A stretch of DNA of 31,531 nt from an uncultured Spartobacteria bacterium (GTDB lineage: Bacteria > Verrucomicrobiota > Verrucomicrobiia > Chthoniobacterales > Terrimicrobiaceae). Positions within the stretch are counted from its first letter, which is position 1, and each line of letters begins with the position of its first letter. Where the stretch lies: positions 1-31,531 of the forward strand of contig CAIWSO010000313.1 in the NCBI GenBank assembly GCA_903915315.1, written 5' to 3'. The position numbers were made by a program, and so were the translations under genes. Shown here piece after piece: positions 8,908 through 16,848 of the stretch. The notes beneath the pieces are model-generated. The model worked only from the letters and a program-made list of their open reading frames with translations. It made no database searches and had not been told where the DNA came from.

Positions 8908-10098
8908 CTAGAGCGTTTCGGGGGCTTCCAGTAGCTCCGCAATGCGCTTCAGGAGTCGCCCGGCTGCGCCGCCATCGATCACGCGGTGGTCGAAGCTGAG
9001 AGTGAACTGGGCTTCAATGACGGGAACAAATTTTTCCTGCGTGGCGTCCCACGATGGCACTGTCTGTCCCGCGCCCATACCGAGAAGGATGGTCTGCTCG
9101 GGGAGGGGAATAGGAGTGGCCAGAGTGAGCCCGAATGTGCCGTAATTGGTGATGGTGGCGATTGATCCGCCGGTATCGTTCGCTGGGAGGCGACGCTGCC
9201 GCGCCAATTCGACGAGTCGGTTGTAGCGGGAAACGAGATCATCGAGTGGGAATTGGTCGGCATTCCGAATCACCGGCACAAGAACGCCATCCTCCGCTTC
9301 CACAGCGAAGCCGATATCGACGGAGGGCGGATGAACGATGCGGTCACCGATCAGGCGGCCGGCAGGGGCGCTGTTCTCGCCGAGCGCGATCGCAAGCGCG
9401 CGAAGAGCGTAAAGGGCTGGGCCGGGCTTCGAGGGGTGGCTTTTGCGGTGGGTGAGAAGATTGTCGAGATTGATCGGCCGGCAAACAGTGGCTAGCGGAC
9501 GCGACCAACTGCGGATCATTGCATCGGCTACCGCTTTTCGCATGGGCGAGGCAGGTGTGATTTTGTTGTTCTCGATGCTGCCCATGAAGCGCTCAAGGTC
9601 TTCGATGGTGACCCGTCCCCCTGCACCGCTGCCGGGGATGCCAGCGAGATCCGAGGATCGGAGACCTAGTTCGACCATGCGCGCTTTCATGCGCGGGGAA
9701 AGGTAACTCACGCCGCCTGCATGGGCAGGGACGGGCAGTCCGCCGGGGACAGTTGGCTCGACGGTCTGGGGCTTTGCTGGTGCGGCGGGACGTTTTTTCT
9801 CCGGTTTGTGTTTGGGTGATTCCTCAGTATCGAGGCCAAGGCGAGCGGCTTCCTCGCTGGTCACTTCGATGTGGCCCAAAATGGCGCCGACGGGATAGCT
9901 GATACCAGCTTCAGCCGTGATGCTGACGAGTTGACCGCTGCAGGAGGCCGTGACCGCCATCATGGCCTTGTTGGTCTCGACCTCGATGATGTCGGCATCC
10001 GCCTGCACGGTGTCGCCTTCCTGATGGAGTATGCGGACGATGGTGGCCTCTGCGATGGATTCGCCGAGTTGGGGCATTTGAATGGGTACGAGTGCCAT
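8908..10098 (-). CDS. 2-oxoacid dehydrogenase E2, dihydrolipoamide acyltransferase
   Basis: One lipoyl domain (MPQLGESIAEA...VETNKA), a peripheral subunit-binding domain (SPRMK...GSGAGGRVTIEDL) and a catalytic domain with TNYG and LSFDHRVIDG. Confidence 0.9.
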   Translation of the reverse strand: MALVPIQMPQLGESIAEATIVRILHQEGDTVQADADIIEVETNKAMMAVTASCSGQLVSITAEAGISYPVGAILGHIEVTSEEAARLGLDTEESPKHKPEKKRPAAPAKPQTVEPTVPGGLPVPAHAGGVSYLSPRMKARMVELGLRSSDLAGIPGSGAGGRVTIEDLERFMGSIENNKITPASPMRKAVADAMIRSWSRPLATVCRPINLDNLLTHRKSHPSKPGPALYALRALAIALGENSAPAGRLIGDRIVHPPSVDIGFAVEAEDGVLVPVIRNADQFPLDDLVSRYNRLVELARQRRLPANDTGGSIATITNYGTFGLTLATPIPLPEQTILLGMGAGQTVPSWDATQEKFVPVIEAQFTLSFDHRVIDGGAAGRLLKRIAELLEAPETL

Positions 10099-10104
10099 GG
10101 TGGT

Positions 10105-11067
10105 TCAGCTAAGTAGCAGGCGCCGGGCTGCGGCGGCTATGGTGGATGCGGTTGGGCGGTGGACGGACCAAAGATCGGGATGGTAGGGGACGGGGGTATC
10201 TTTTGCGTTCACACGCATGGGTGCGACGTCTAAGAGACCGAAGCCCTCAGCGGAAACGCGGGCAATGACTTCGGCGGTGACACCGCCCCAGGGCCATTCT
10301 TCGCTCACGCAAAGGAGGCGGCCGGTTCGGGCCACGGAGGCCAAAATCGTATCCGTGTCGAGTGGCTTGACGCTGCGGAGGTCGACAATCTCGAGTTCGA
10401 ATCCATCCTCGGCGAGTTCCGTTGCGGCGGCGAGAGATTCATGGAGCATGGCGCCGTGGGTGACGATCGTGGCATCGCGACCCGCCCGCGCCAAACGCGC
10501 CTTGCCGATCGGGAGTGATGTCTCGGGAAGCGAATCGGCTTTGAGATGGTTATAAAGGAACTTGTGCTCGCAGAAGATGACGGGGTCATCGAGAGCGACG
10601 GCATCAAACAGCATGGTATAGGCGTCCTCGACCGTGGCAGGGGTGAGTACGACCAAGCCGGGGTAGTGGGCATAGAGCGCCTCCATGCTCTGACTGTGAA
10701 AGGGTCCGCCTCCAGAGGTGCCTCCCGAGGGGAGGCGTACCACGATCGGGCAGGGAACACCCGTTCTGTAGTACAGGGTCGCTGCGTGATTCACGATTTG
10801 GTTGAGTCCGCAGGTGGAAAAATCCGCAAACTGCATTTCCACGATCGGCCGCATGCCTTCGATCGCTGCGCCTATCGCCATTCCGACGATGGCGTCCTCA
10901 CTCAGCGGGGCATCAAAAACGCGACCCGGAAATTCTTTGGAGAGATTTTTGGTGGCTTTGAATGCGCCGCCGAAGCTTCCGATATCCTGGCCGTAGAGAA
11001 AAACCCGGGGGTCGGTGGCGAGGGCCTTCTGTTGAGCAAGGCGAATGGCTTCTAGATAAGTGATCAT
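10105..11067 (-). CDS. 2-oxoacid dehydrogenase E1 beta subunit
   Basis: GQDIGSFGGAFKAT, DAPLSE, RPIVEMQFADF, GGPFHSQS, DPVIFCEHK and IVDLRSVKPLD. The ATG overlaps the E1alpha stop (11064-11067). Confidence 0.93.
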   Translation of the reverse strand: MITYLEAIRLAQQKALATDPRVFLYGQDIGSFGGAFKATKNLSKEFPGRVFDAPLSEDAIVGMAIGAAIEGMRPIVEMQFADFSTCGLNQIVNHAATLYYRTGVPCPIVVRLPSGGTSGGGPFHSQSMEALYAHYPGLVVLTPATVEDAYTMLFDAVALDDPVIFCEHKFLYNHLKADSLPETSLPIGKARLARAGRDATIVTHGAMLHESLAAATELAEDGFELEIVDLRSVKPLDTDTILASVARTGRLLCVSEEWPWGGVTAEVIARVSAEGFGLLDVAPMRVNAKDTPVPYHPDLWSVHRPTASTIAAAARRLLLS

Positions 11068-12074
11068 GATGTGGCGTAATGCTCACGGTATTCCGGACAG
11101 GAGAGCGCCGCCCAGTCGTCCTCTTCGGGATCGGGTGTTGGTTCGCGGCGGACGCGGTCAGCGGTGGAGTTGACTTCCGTCTCGACCTCGCGGCGCCAAG
11201 ACGCGTGTTCCTCTGCGGTCGCCCACTTTTGCTCGAGGATGTGGTGTTCGGCAATGGCGAGGCAGTCTCCACCGAGCGGAGAAGCTTTCAATTTGGGATC
11301 GACGTATTGACCATCATCATGCTCGCCATGGCCGACGAGGCGTAAAAGGTCGGCGACGACGAGTTGGGGGCCGCCACCCTCGCGGGCGTTCTGAACTGCA
11401 CGGCGAAGCGTTTGCAGGCAATCCAATAGATTTGTTCCATCCGCCTTGTGGCCGACAACGCCGTATCCAGTGGCTTTGTCCAAGAGATCTGCGCAAGCGT
11501 ATTGGCGGGAATTCGGTGTCGAGTAGGCATACTGGTTATTGGCCACCACGACGACGAGGGGGAGCTTTTCCACAGCGGCGGCGTTGAGGCCCTCGTGAAA
11601 GGCTCCGGTCGATGTGCCTCCATCGCCGATGCAGGTCGCGCCGACGACGCCACTCTCGCCCTTGAGGCGCCGTGCAAAAAGGGCACCGGAAACAGCGGGG
11701 ATCATGGCACCCAGATGGCTGATCATGGCGTAGTAGCCATCGCGGGGACGCCCACGGTGGATATTTCCATCCCTGCCCCGCATGGAGCCGAGTTGAGATC
11801 CGAGATAGGTGCGGAGCGTATCAAGAACGGTGTCACCGAATGCCAAGCGGCCGGCCTGATCGCGGATGAGGGGGGCAAAGATATCGCCTCGGTGGAGATG
11901 GATGCCGACCGAGACGCTCAAGGCTTCCTGTCCGCGACCGAGAAAGACACCGCCTTTGATCATTCCCGCCCGATAGAGGCTCGCCAGCTTTTCCTCCAGC
12001 ACACGGGACAGAAGCATAATGCGGTAGGCCTTGATATAATCGGCCTGAGTTACAGCGGCGCTCGTCTTTGGCAT
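11064..12074 (-). CDS. 2-oxoacid dehydrogenase E1 alpha subunit (ThDP-dependent)
   Basis: GRGQEA, ThDP-binding motif IGDGGTSTGAFHEGLN...NNQYA and RLVGHGEHDD loop. Start is ATG 12074 or GTG 12080. Substrate specificity cannot be determined from sequence. Confidence 0.9.
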   Translation of the reverse strand: MPKTSAAVTQADYIKAYRIMLLSRVLEEKLASLYRAGMIKGGVFLGRGQEALSVSVGIHLHRGDIFAPLIRDQAGRLAFGDTVLDTLRTYLGSQLGSMRGRDGNIHRGRPRDGYYAMISHLGAMIPAVSGALFARRLKGESGVVGATCIGDGGTSTGAFHEGLNAAAVEKLPLVVVVANNQYAYSTPNSRQYACADLLDKATGYGVVGHKADGTNLLDCLQTLRRAVQNAREGGGPQLVVADLLRLVGHGEHDDGQYVDPKLKASPLGGDCLAIAEHHILEQKWATAEEHASWRREVETEVNSTADRVRREPTPDPEEDDWAALSCPEYREHYATS

Positions 12075-12081
12075 TTGCACG

Positions 12082-12111
12082 TTTATATGAAAAACTTGCG
12101 GCCTCCTGCAA
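12082..12111 (-). promoter_or_regulatory. Possible sigma70-type promoter for the E1alpha-E1beta-E2-CPBP-nadE operon
   Basis: On the minus strand: TTGCAG (12111-12106), 18-nt spacer, TATAAA (12087-12082), then 7 nt to the ATG at 12074. Confidence 0.4.
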
Positions 12112-12136
12112 ACATTCGTTGCGTTGAGATGTGTTT

Positions 12137-14359
12137 TTAATGGGCTGCGGGCGGCAGAACCTGCACGGAAATCGGCGTTGCCGTGGCGAGATGAATGTCT
12201 CGTTGGGGAAATGCCAGGCTGATGCCGGCGGCACTCAACGCATTGTAAATCGAGAGCCTCAGCTCGCTCGGTACGCGATTGGCCGTTCCGATAACTTGTT
12301 TATCGACCCAGTAAAGTAGGCGGAGAACGATGGAGTCAGCGCCAAAGTCGTGAAAAAACACGTTTGTATCGCTGTTTTTTAAAACATCCGGATGCGATTT
12401 GGCGATCTGGGCAATGATTTCAAGGGCCTTCTCGACCGGGGAAGTGTAGCTGATTCCAACGAGGATTTCCTGCCGGACGTGACTGTCGGTGAGGGTCCAA
12501 TTCACCACGGTGCCTTGAAGGATAATGCTGTTCGGAATGAGGATTTCGACGCCGTCGGCGCGACGGAGTTGCGAGCAACGGGTGCCGATTGAGGTCACTG
12601 TTCCGGCATAGGCGCCCACATCGATGATGTCGCCGATGCGAATCGGGCGCTCAAAAAGGAGGATGATGCCGCTGATCAGATTGTTGACGAGTTGCTGGGA
12701 ACCAAATCCTACGGCGATCGCGGCCGCGCCCCCAAGCAGGGCGAAAATGGTGAGGGGAATCTTCACTACGGCCAGCGCGACAAGGCTGATGCAAACGAGA
12801 AGAAAGGCATTGCTGAACTTTTGAATGATGGCGCCGGTATTCGCATCCAACGAAAACCGGGCACTGAGGCGGGCTCGGATCCATCGACTGGAGGCGGCGG
12901 AAATCAGGCCGCCGAGGATGAGAATAAGGAGGGCCGTTAGCATCATCCCCAGAGTCACTGGGCTGGGGCGCTGGATAACCTCGCCGTTGATGAAAACCGA
13001 ATCGTTGAGATGGAAGATTTCGGTATTCCACAATGTTCCTATCTCTCCACCCAGCGAGGCCGCCGCGACATTGAGTTTTTGCCCCATGTTCAATTGACCC
13101 CTTCGCTCGGTGAGATCGGCATTGGCCAGAGTGAGGAGCTGTACCAGATGGTCAAATTCGGTTTCCCATTTCGACAGAGCCGCATCTTCTTGGGTGAAAT
13201 ATTTTTCCACCAACGGCCTAATGGTGTCCGGAGCCTTCTGATTCGGGTCGTCGAGTAGAGCCTGTGCGGCTCGGCGGCGCTCTTGGGTCTTTGCATTCAG
13301 GTTGGCGATGAGGGGGTGCCAGGTCTGCACATCCTGCATGCGGTCATTCACGGCCCTTGCGGTTTTTTCAAAGGACTTCGGGTCGCTGGTGTTCCAGATA
13401 TCGTGCCGCGCCTGCCAGATTTGAGAACGAATCAGAAGACCGATCCGGCGATACTCGGAGATTTGGATTTGATTTTCCAGTCCCTGCATGAGGAGGGAGC
13501 TGAGCTCTGGGTAGCGGCGAAAGGTGCCTGAGGAGGGCAGGGACTTGACTTGATTCTCGAGATCCTTGGCAGTTTGGGCGCTCTCGGCCTCATCCTTCTG
13601 GGCCTGTTCCCGTTTGGCATTCAGCAATCCAGTAGGAAAAACTACATACCCTTTGAGGTGGTCCAAATATTTGTTGGCCATTTTGATGCGGGCTTTCTGA
13701 AGTTTCATGTCCGCATGGAGGAACGACGAGTCGGTGCGGGCTTGGTGCTCGGCATAGGCGACTGCTACCCGAAGATCCTGTAGCTTTCGTTGCCACGCCA
13801 ACTGGGGGGTGGCGGGGGTGCCGGTGCTCTGAAGGACTTGGAGTTCGGACTGGGCTTTTTTTAGTTCCTCAAAAGAAATCCGGTTTTGCTCGGTACGGGA
13901 CTCGGCGATTTTTTCTAATGCCGCAAGCCAGTTCAGGGCCTGCCAGAGGTCAAGGCGGGCTGAGTCAAAAGCATCGAGCCCTGAATCGGCGTTGATGACG
14001 GGCGGCTTGAAGTTGGCTATTGCGGCCTCCGCTTCGGCGGTTTGGGAGAGGAAGGCCTGCGTTCTCTTGGCCTGCTTCTCCTTGGATGTCTTCATTTCCA
14101 CGATCTGCCCGAGCAGGTGGAGGTAGTCGCGGAATTCTTCGGGGGTCGCGGGTTCGTTTTTTTGGAATCCCTCGAATCCTTCATCTAGGGCTCTTGTGAG
14201 CATGTCGGCGTAGTCCGGTTCGAGTGGGGTGGGAGTGGGGTTCGATGCGGCGGTTGGGGTGGGAGCGGGCGAGGTGGCGGGGTCTTGGGCTAGGCTTGAT
14301 CCCGGCAGGAAGGCCATGGCGATACTCAGAGAAATCGCGGAGGGGAAAAAATACCGCAA
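12137..14359 (-). CDS. Large MscS-family mechanosensitive channel with an exported helical N-terminal domain
   Basis: C-terminal MscS signature GGAAAIAVGFGSQQLVNNLISGIILLFERPIRIGD, IPNS, VVNWT and ISLAFPQRDIHL. A signal peptide follows TTG 14359 (ORF track uses GTG 14389), then a Pro/Thr linker and a long helical region. Confidence 0.9.
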   Translation of the reverse strand: MRYFFPSAISLSIAMAFLPGSSLAQDPATSPAPTPTAASNPTPTPLEPDYADMLTRALDEGFEGFQKNEPATPEEFRDYLHLLGQIVEMKTSKEKQAKRTQAFLSQTAEAEAAIANFKPPVINADSGLDAFDSARLDLWQALNWLAALEKIAESRTEQNRISFEELKKAQSELQVLQSTGTPATPQLAWQRKLQDLRVAVAYAEHQARTDSSFLHADMKLQKARIKMANKYLDHLKGYVVFPTGLLNAKREQAQKDEAESAQTAKDLENQVKSLPSSGTFRRYPELSSLLMQGLENQIQISEYRRIGLLIRSQIWQARHDIWNTSDPKSFEKTARAVNDRMQDVQTWHPLIANLNAKTQERRRAAQALLDDPNQKAPDTIRPLVEKYFTQEDAALSKWETEFDHLVQLLTLANADLTERRGQLNMGQKLNVAAASLGGEIGTLWNTEIFHLNDSVFINGEVIQRPSPVTLGMMLTALLILILGGLISAASSRWIRARLSARFSLDANTGAIIQKFSNAFLLVCISLVALAVVKIPLTIFALLGGAAAIAVGFGSQQLVNNLISGIILLFERPIRIGDIIDVGAYAGTVTSIGTRCSQLRRADGVEILIPNSIILQGTVVNWTLTDSHVRQEILVGISYTSPVEKALEIIAQIAKSHPDVLKNSDTNVFFHDFGADSIVLRLLYWVDKQVIGTANRVPSELRLSIYNALSAAGISLAFPQRDIHLATATPISVQVLPPAAH

Positions 14360-14382
14360 TGTGGATTTATGAAGATTTCCTA

Positions 14383-14410
14383 TTGTCACAACTTAAAAGA
14401 ACGTTACTAT
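14383..14410 (+). promoter_or_regulatory. Likely sigma70-type promoter for rpmE-prfA
   Basis: TTGTCA (14383-14388), 16-nt spacer, TACTAT (14405-14410), in an AT-rich region between divergent genes. Confidence 0.5.
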
Positions 14411-14426
14411 GCACACCCTTTTACAA

Positions 14427-14654
14427 ATGAAGCCAGAAATTCATCCCAACTACGAGGAGTCCGTCATTGTGTGTGCGTGCGGCGCAACCTATCACACCCG
14501 CTCCACCCGTCAAAACATCAAACTCGGCATCTGTGCCGCTTGCCATCCGTTTTTCACGGGTGAACAAAAATTTGTGGATACGGCCGGCCGTGTTGACAAA
14601 TTCATGCGCCGATACGGCACAGTGCGCGCTCCCCGCGCCGTCAAAAAAGCCTAA
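14427..14654 (+). CDS. rpmE: 50S ribosomal protein L31 (Zn-binding, C+ type)
   Basis: MKPEIHPNY from ATG 14427, with CAC and CAAC Cys pairs and HPFFTGEQKFVDTAGRVDKF. Confidence 0.95.
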   Translation: MKPEIHPNYEESVIVCACGATYHTRSTRQNIKLGICAACHPFFTGEQKFVDTAGRVDKFMRRYGTVRAPRAVKKA

Positions 14655-14672
14655 CTCGGATTTTATTTTATC

Positions 14673-14712
14673 AACGGTAAACAGGCTCGCTGCCTGTTTA
14701 CCGTTTTTGTTT
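14673..14712 (+). terminator. Intrinsic (rho-independent) terminator between rpmE and prfA
   Basis: Perfect 14-bp inverted repeat AACGGTAAACAGGC (14673-14686) / GCCTGTTTACCGTT (14692-14705) with a 5-nt loop, followed by TTTGTTT. Confidence 0.75.
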
Positions 14713-14716
14713 ACCT

Positions 14717-15793
14717 ATGGATTTTGAACCGTTGATCGAGCGCAAGCGGCGACGTTTCGAGGAGCTGGAGCGCGAGATCGCCTCGCCCGACCTCTTCGAT
14801 AATGCCCGCCGCGCGAGGGAGGTTCTGCGTGAGCACGGCTCCACTAGAGAGTTGCTCGAAGTTTGGAGCCGCTTTGAGAAGGCCTCTCGCGAAATCGTCG
14901 AAAACCGCGAACTGGCCTCTAGTGAGGACAAGGAAATGGCGGCGATGGCGAAAGAGGAAATCACTCGTTTGGAATCGGAGGTCACGTCCCTCGAGCGCGC
15001 CGTCCAAGTGGCGCTCCTTCCGCCCGAGCCCGATGAGGATCGTGACGCCATCATGGAAATCCGCGCTGGCACTGGCGGCACCGAGGCGGCCCTTTTTGCC
15101 GCTGATCTGTATCGCATGTATTGCCGATACGCCGATTCCTTGGGGCTGAAGGTCGAAGAGTTGGAGTCCAGTCCCGCCGATCTCGGGGGCTTTCGTGAAA
15201 TCATTTTCCGTATTTCTGGAACCTCTGTTTTCCGCCGTTTCCGGTATGAAAGCGGTGTTCATCGCGTGCAGCGCGTTCCCGCCACGGAGGCGCAGGGCCG
15301 CATCCATACATCAACGGCGACAGTCGCCGTTTTGCCCGAGGCCGAGGAGGTGGACATCGAATTACGCCCCGAGGATATTCGGATCGAGGTTTGTCGAGCA
15401 GGTGGACCCGGTGGACAGGGCGTGAATACGACGGACTCGGCCGTGCAGGTCATGTATATTCCGACCGGTCGTATCGTTCGATGCCAGGATGGTCGCAGTC
15501 AGCAAAAAAACAAAGAGGCCGCATTGAAAATCCTGCGCTCCCGATTGCTTGAGGACAAGCGGCGCGAGGAAGAAGCCAAATACTCCGCTCATCGCAAGAG
15601 CCTCATCGGAGGTGGTGGACGTGAAGAAAAAATCCGGACCTACAACTTCTCCGAGAATCGTGTCACCGACCATCGAATCAAAGTTTCCCTTTACTCACTC
15701 GACCGTTTTCTCGGCGGCGAGGTGGGCGAATTGATTGATGCGCTTCAAGCTAGCGATATCGAGCAGCGCCTCAAGGATTCCGGTATTGCTTGA
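14717..15793 (+). CDS. prfA: Peptide chain release factor 1
   Basis: EIRAGTGGTEAALFA, ESGVHRVQRVPATE (PxT recognition loop), GPGGQGVNTTDSAV (GGQ) and EKIRTYNF. Confidence 0.97.
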   Translation: MDFEPLIERKRRRFEELEREIASPDLFDNARRAREVLREHGSTRELLEVWSRFEKASREIVENRELASSEDKEMAAMAKEEITRLESEVTSLERAVQVALLPPEPDEDRDAIMEIRAGTGGTEAALFAADLYRMYCRYADSLGLKVEELESSPADLGGFREIIFRISGTSVFRRFRYESGVHRVQRVPATEAQGRIHTSTATVAVLPEAEEVDIELRPEDIRIEVCRAGGPGGQGVNTTDSAVQVMYIPTGRIVRCQDGRSQQKNKEAALKILRSRLLEDKRREEEAKYSAHRKSLIGGGGREEKIRTYNFSENRVTDHRIKVSLYSLDRFLGGEVGELIDALQASDIEQRLKDSGIA

Positions 15794-15909
15794 TGGAAAT
15801 TTGGTTGCAGATTCCGGCAGTCGCCGCTGTCGTGACATTTATTTGCCACAATAATACGGGATCGAGCCTTGATTTGGATTGAATTCGAAATCGGGATTCT
15901 GCATTTTCA

Positions 15910-16548
15910 ATGAAAACTATGTCGTTTCCTCGGATGCTGCCCTTTCATGCCGTCACTATTCTGTGTGCCCTATGCGCCTTCATTGGCGGTTCTTTGGCGC
16001 AGGAGGTCGGCTTGGTCTCCGAGGCTAAACCGAAGGAGTCCCCGAAGCCCGAAAAAAAAGCGGATTCCGCCCTTGTTCATGAGGACGTTCTAGCGAGGGC
16101 CACGCCTGAGAATATTTCCGTTGTGGTTACGATATCCAGTCAGCGGGTTCATTTGAAAGTGGGCGAGGAAATCGCGATCGATGCCCCGGTTTCCTCAGGG
16201 CGACGCGCAGAGTGGACTCCCAAGGGGGGCTTTGTGATTGTGCAAAAAACAGTCAACCACCGCTCGACGCTTTACGGAAGTTTTGTGAGTACGGAAGGGC
16301 GCACAGTTAAATCCAATGCAAATAGCAGGACAGATGTTCCTCCCGATGGGGCCTCTTTTGTCGGAGCACCCATGAAGTGGTTTATGCGACTGGGGAGCCA
16401 TGCTCAGGATTACACCACATTTGGGATGCATGCTGGCAAGTTGCCAGGCTATCCAGCTTCTCATGGGTGTATTCGTCTGCCAGAGCGGATAGCGAAGCTG
16501 ATTTTTGAAAAAGCTAAAATTGGCACGCCAGTGATGATTTTGGAGTGA
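15910..16548 (+). CDS. L,D-transpeptidase (YkuD family), exported
   Basis: Signal peptide ending SLA-QE, IDAPVSSGR, TPKGGF and catalytic HAGKLPGYPASHGCIRL. Confidence 0.9.
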   Translation: MKTMSFPRMLPFHAVTILCALCAFIGGSLAQEVGLVSEAKPKESPKPEKKADSALVHEDVLARATPENISVVVTISSQRVHLKVGEEIAIDAPVSSGRRAEWTPKGGFVIVQKTVNHRSTLYGSFVSTEGRTVKSNANSRTDVPPDGASFVGAPMKWFMRLGSHAQDYTTFGMHAGKLPGYPASHGCIRLPERIAKLIFEKAKIGTPVMILE

Positions 16549-16665
16549 GTTTGAAAGGCGCCACGCTCTCCGGTGAGGGGAGCGTAAAAACAGATTGCCT
16601 CAAATTTGATCTATTGGAAACAGATCAAGCTCCGCAGAAGGGAAGCGAATTTTGATGCTGGGAGT

Positions 16666-16848
16666 CTAGCGACTTCCTTGCATCGCAGAACCGAGTGCGC
16701 CACCGCCCTCCCAAGATTGGGGGCGATTCCAAGGAAGAGAACTTCCTGCATGTTGCGCTGATTCCTCTTCGGTTGCGCAGCTGACGAGTCCGCCGGCGGC
16801 AATAAGAATAAGGAGGCTATTCCTCAGGATTTTTAAAGATAACTTCAT
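16666..16848 (-). CDS. Small putative lipoprotein (60 aa)
   Basis: ATG 16848 gives MKLSLKILRNSLLILIAAGGLVSC, with a lipobox LVSC, followed by a short mature peptide containing LPWNRPQSWEG. Overlaps the upstream gene by 32 nt. Confidence 0.65.
   Translation of the reverse strand: MKLSLKILRNSLLILIAAGGLVSCATEEESAQHAGSSLPWNRPQSWEGGGALGSAMQGSR

Noticed and set aside
16563-16590. GC-rich hairpin ACGCTCTCC-GGTGA-GGGGAGCGT between the convergent L,D-transpeptidase and lipoprotein genes
   Set aside because: It is followed by an A-run on + and has no U-tract 3' of the stem on either strand, so I cannot support it as an intrinsic terminator.
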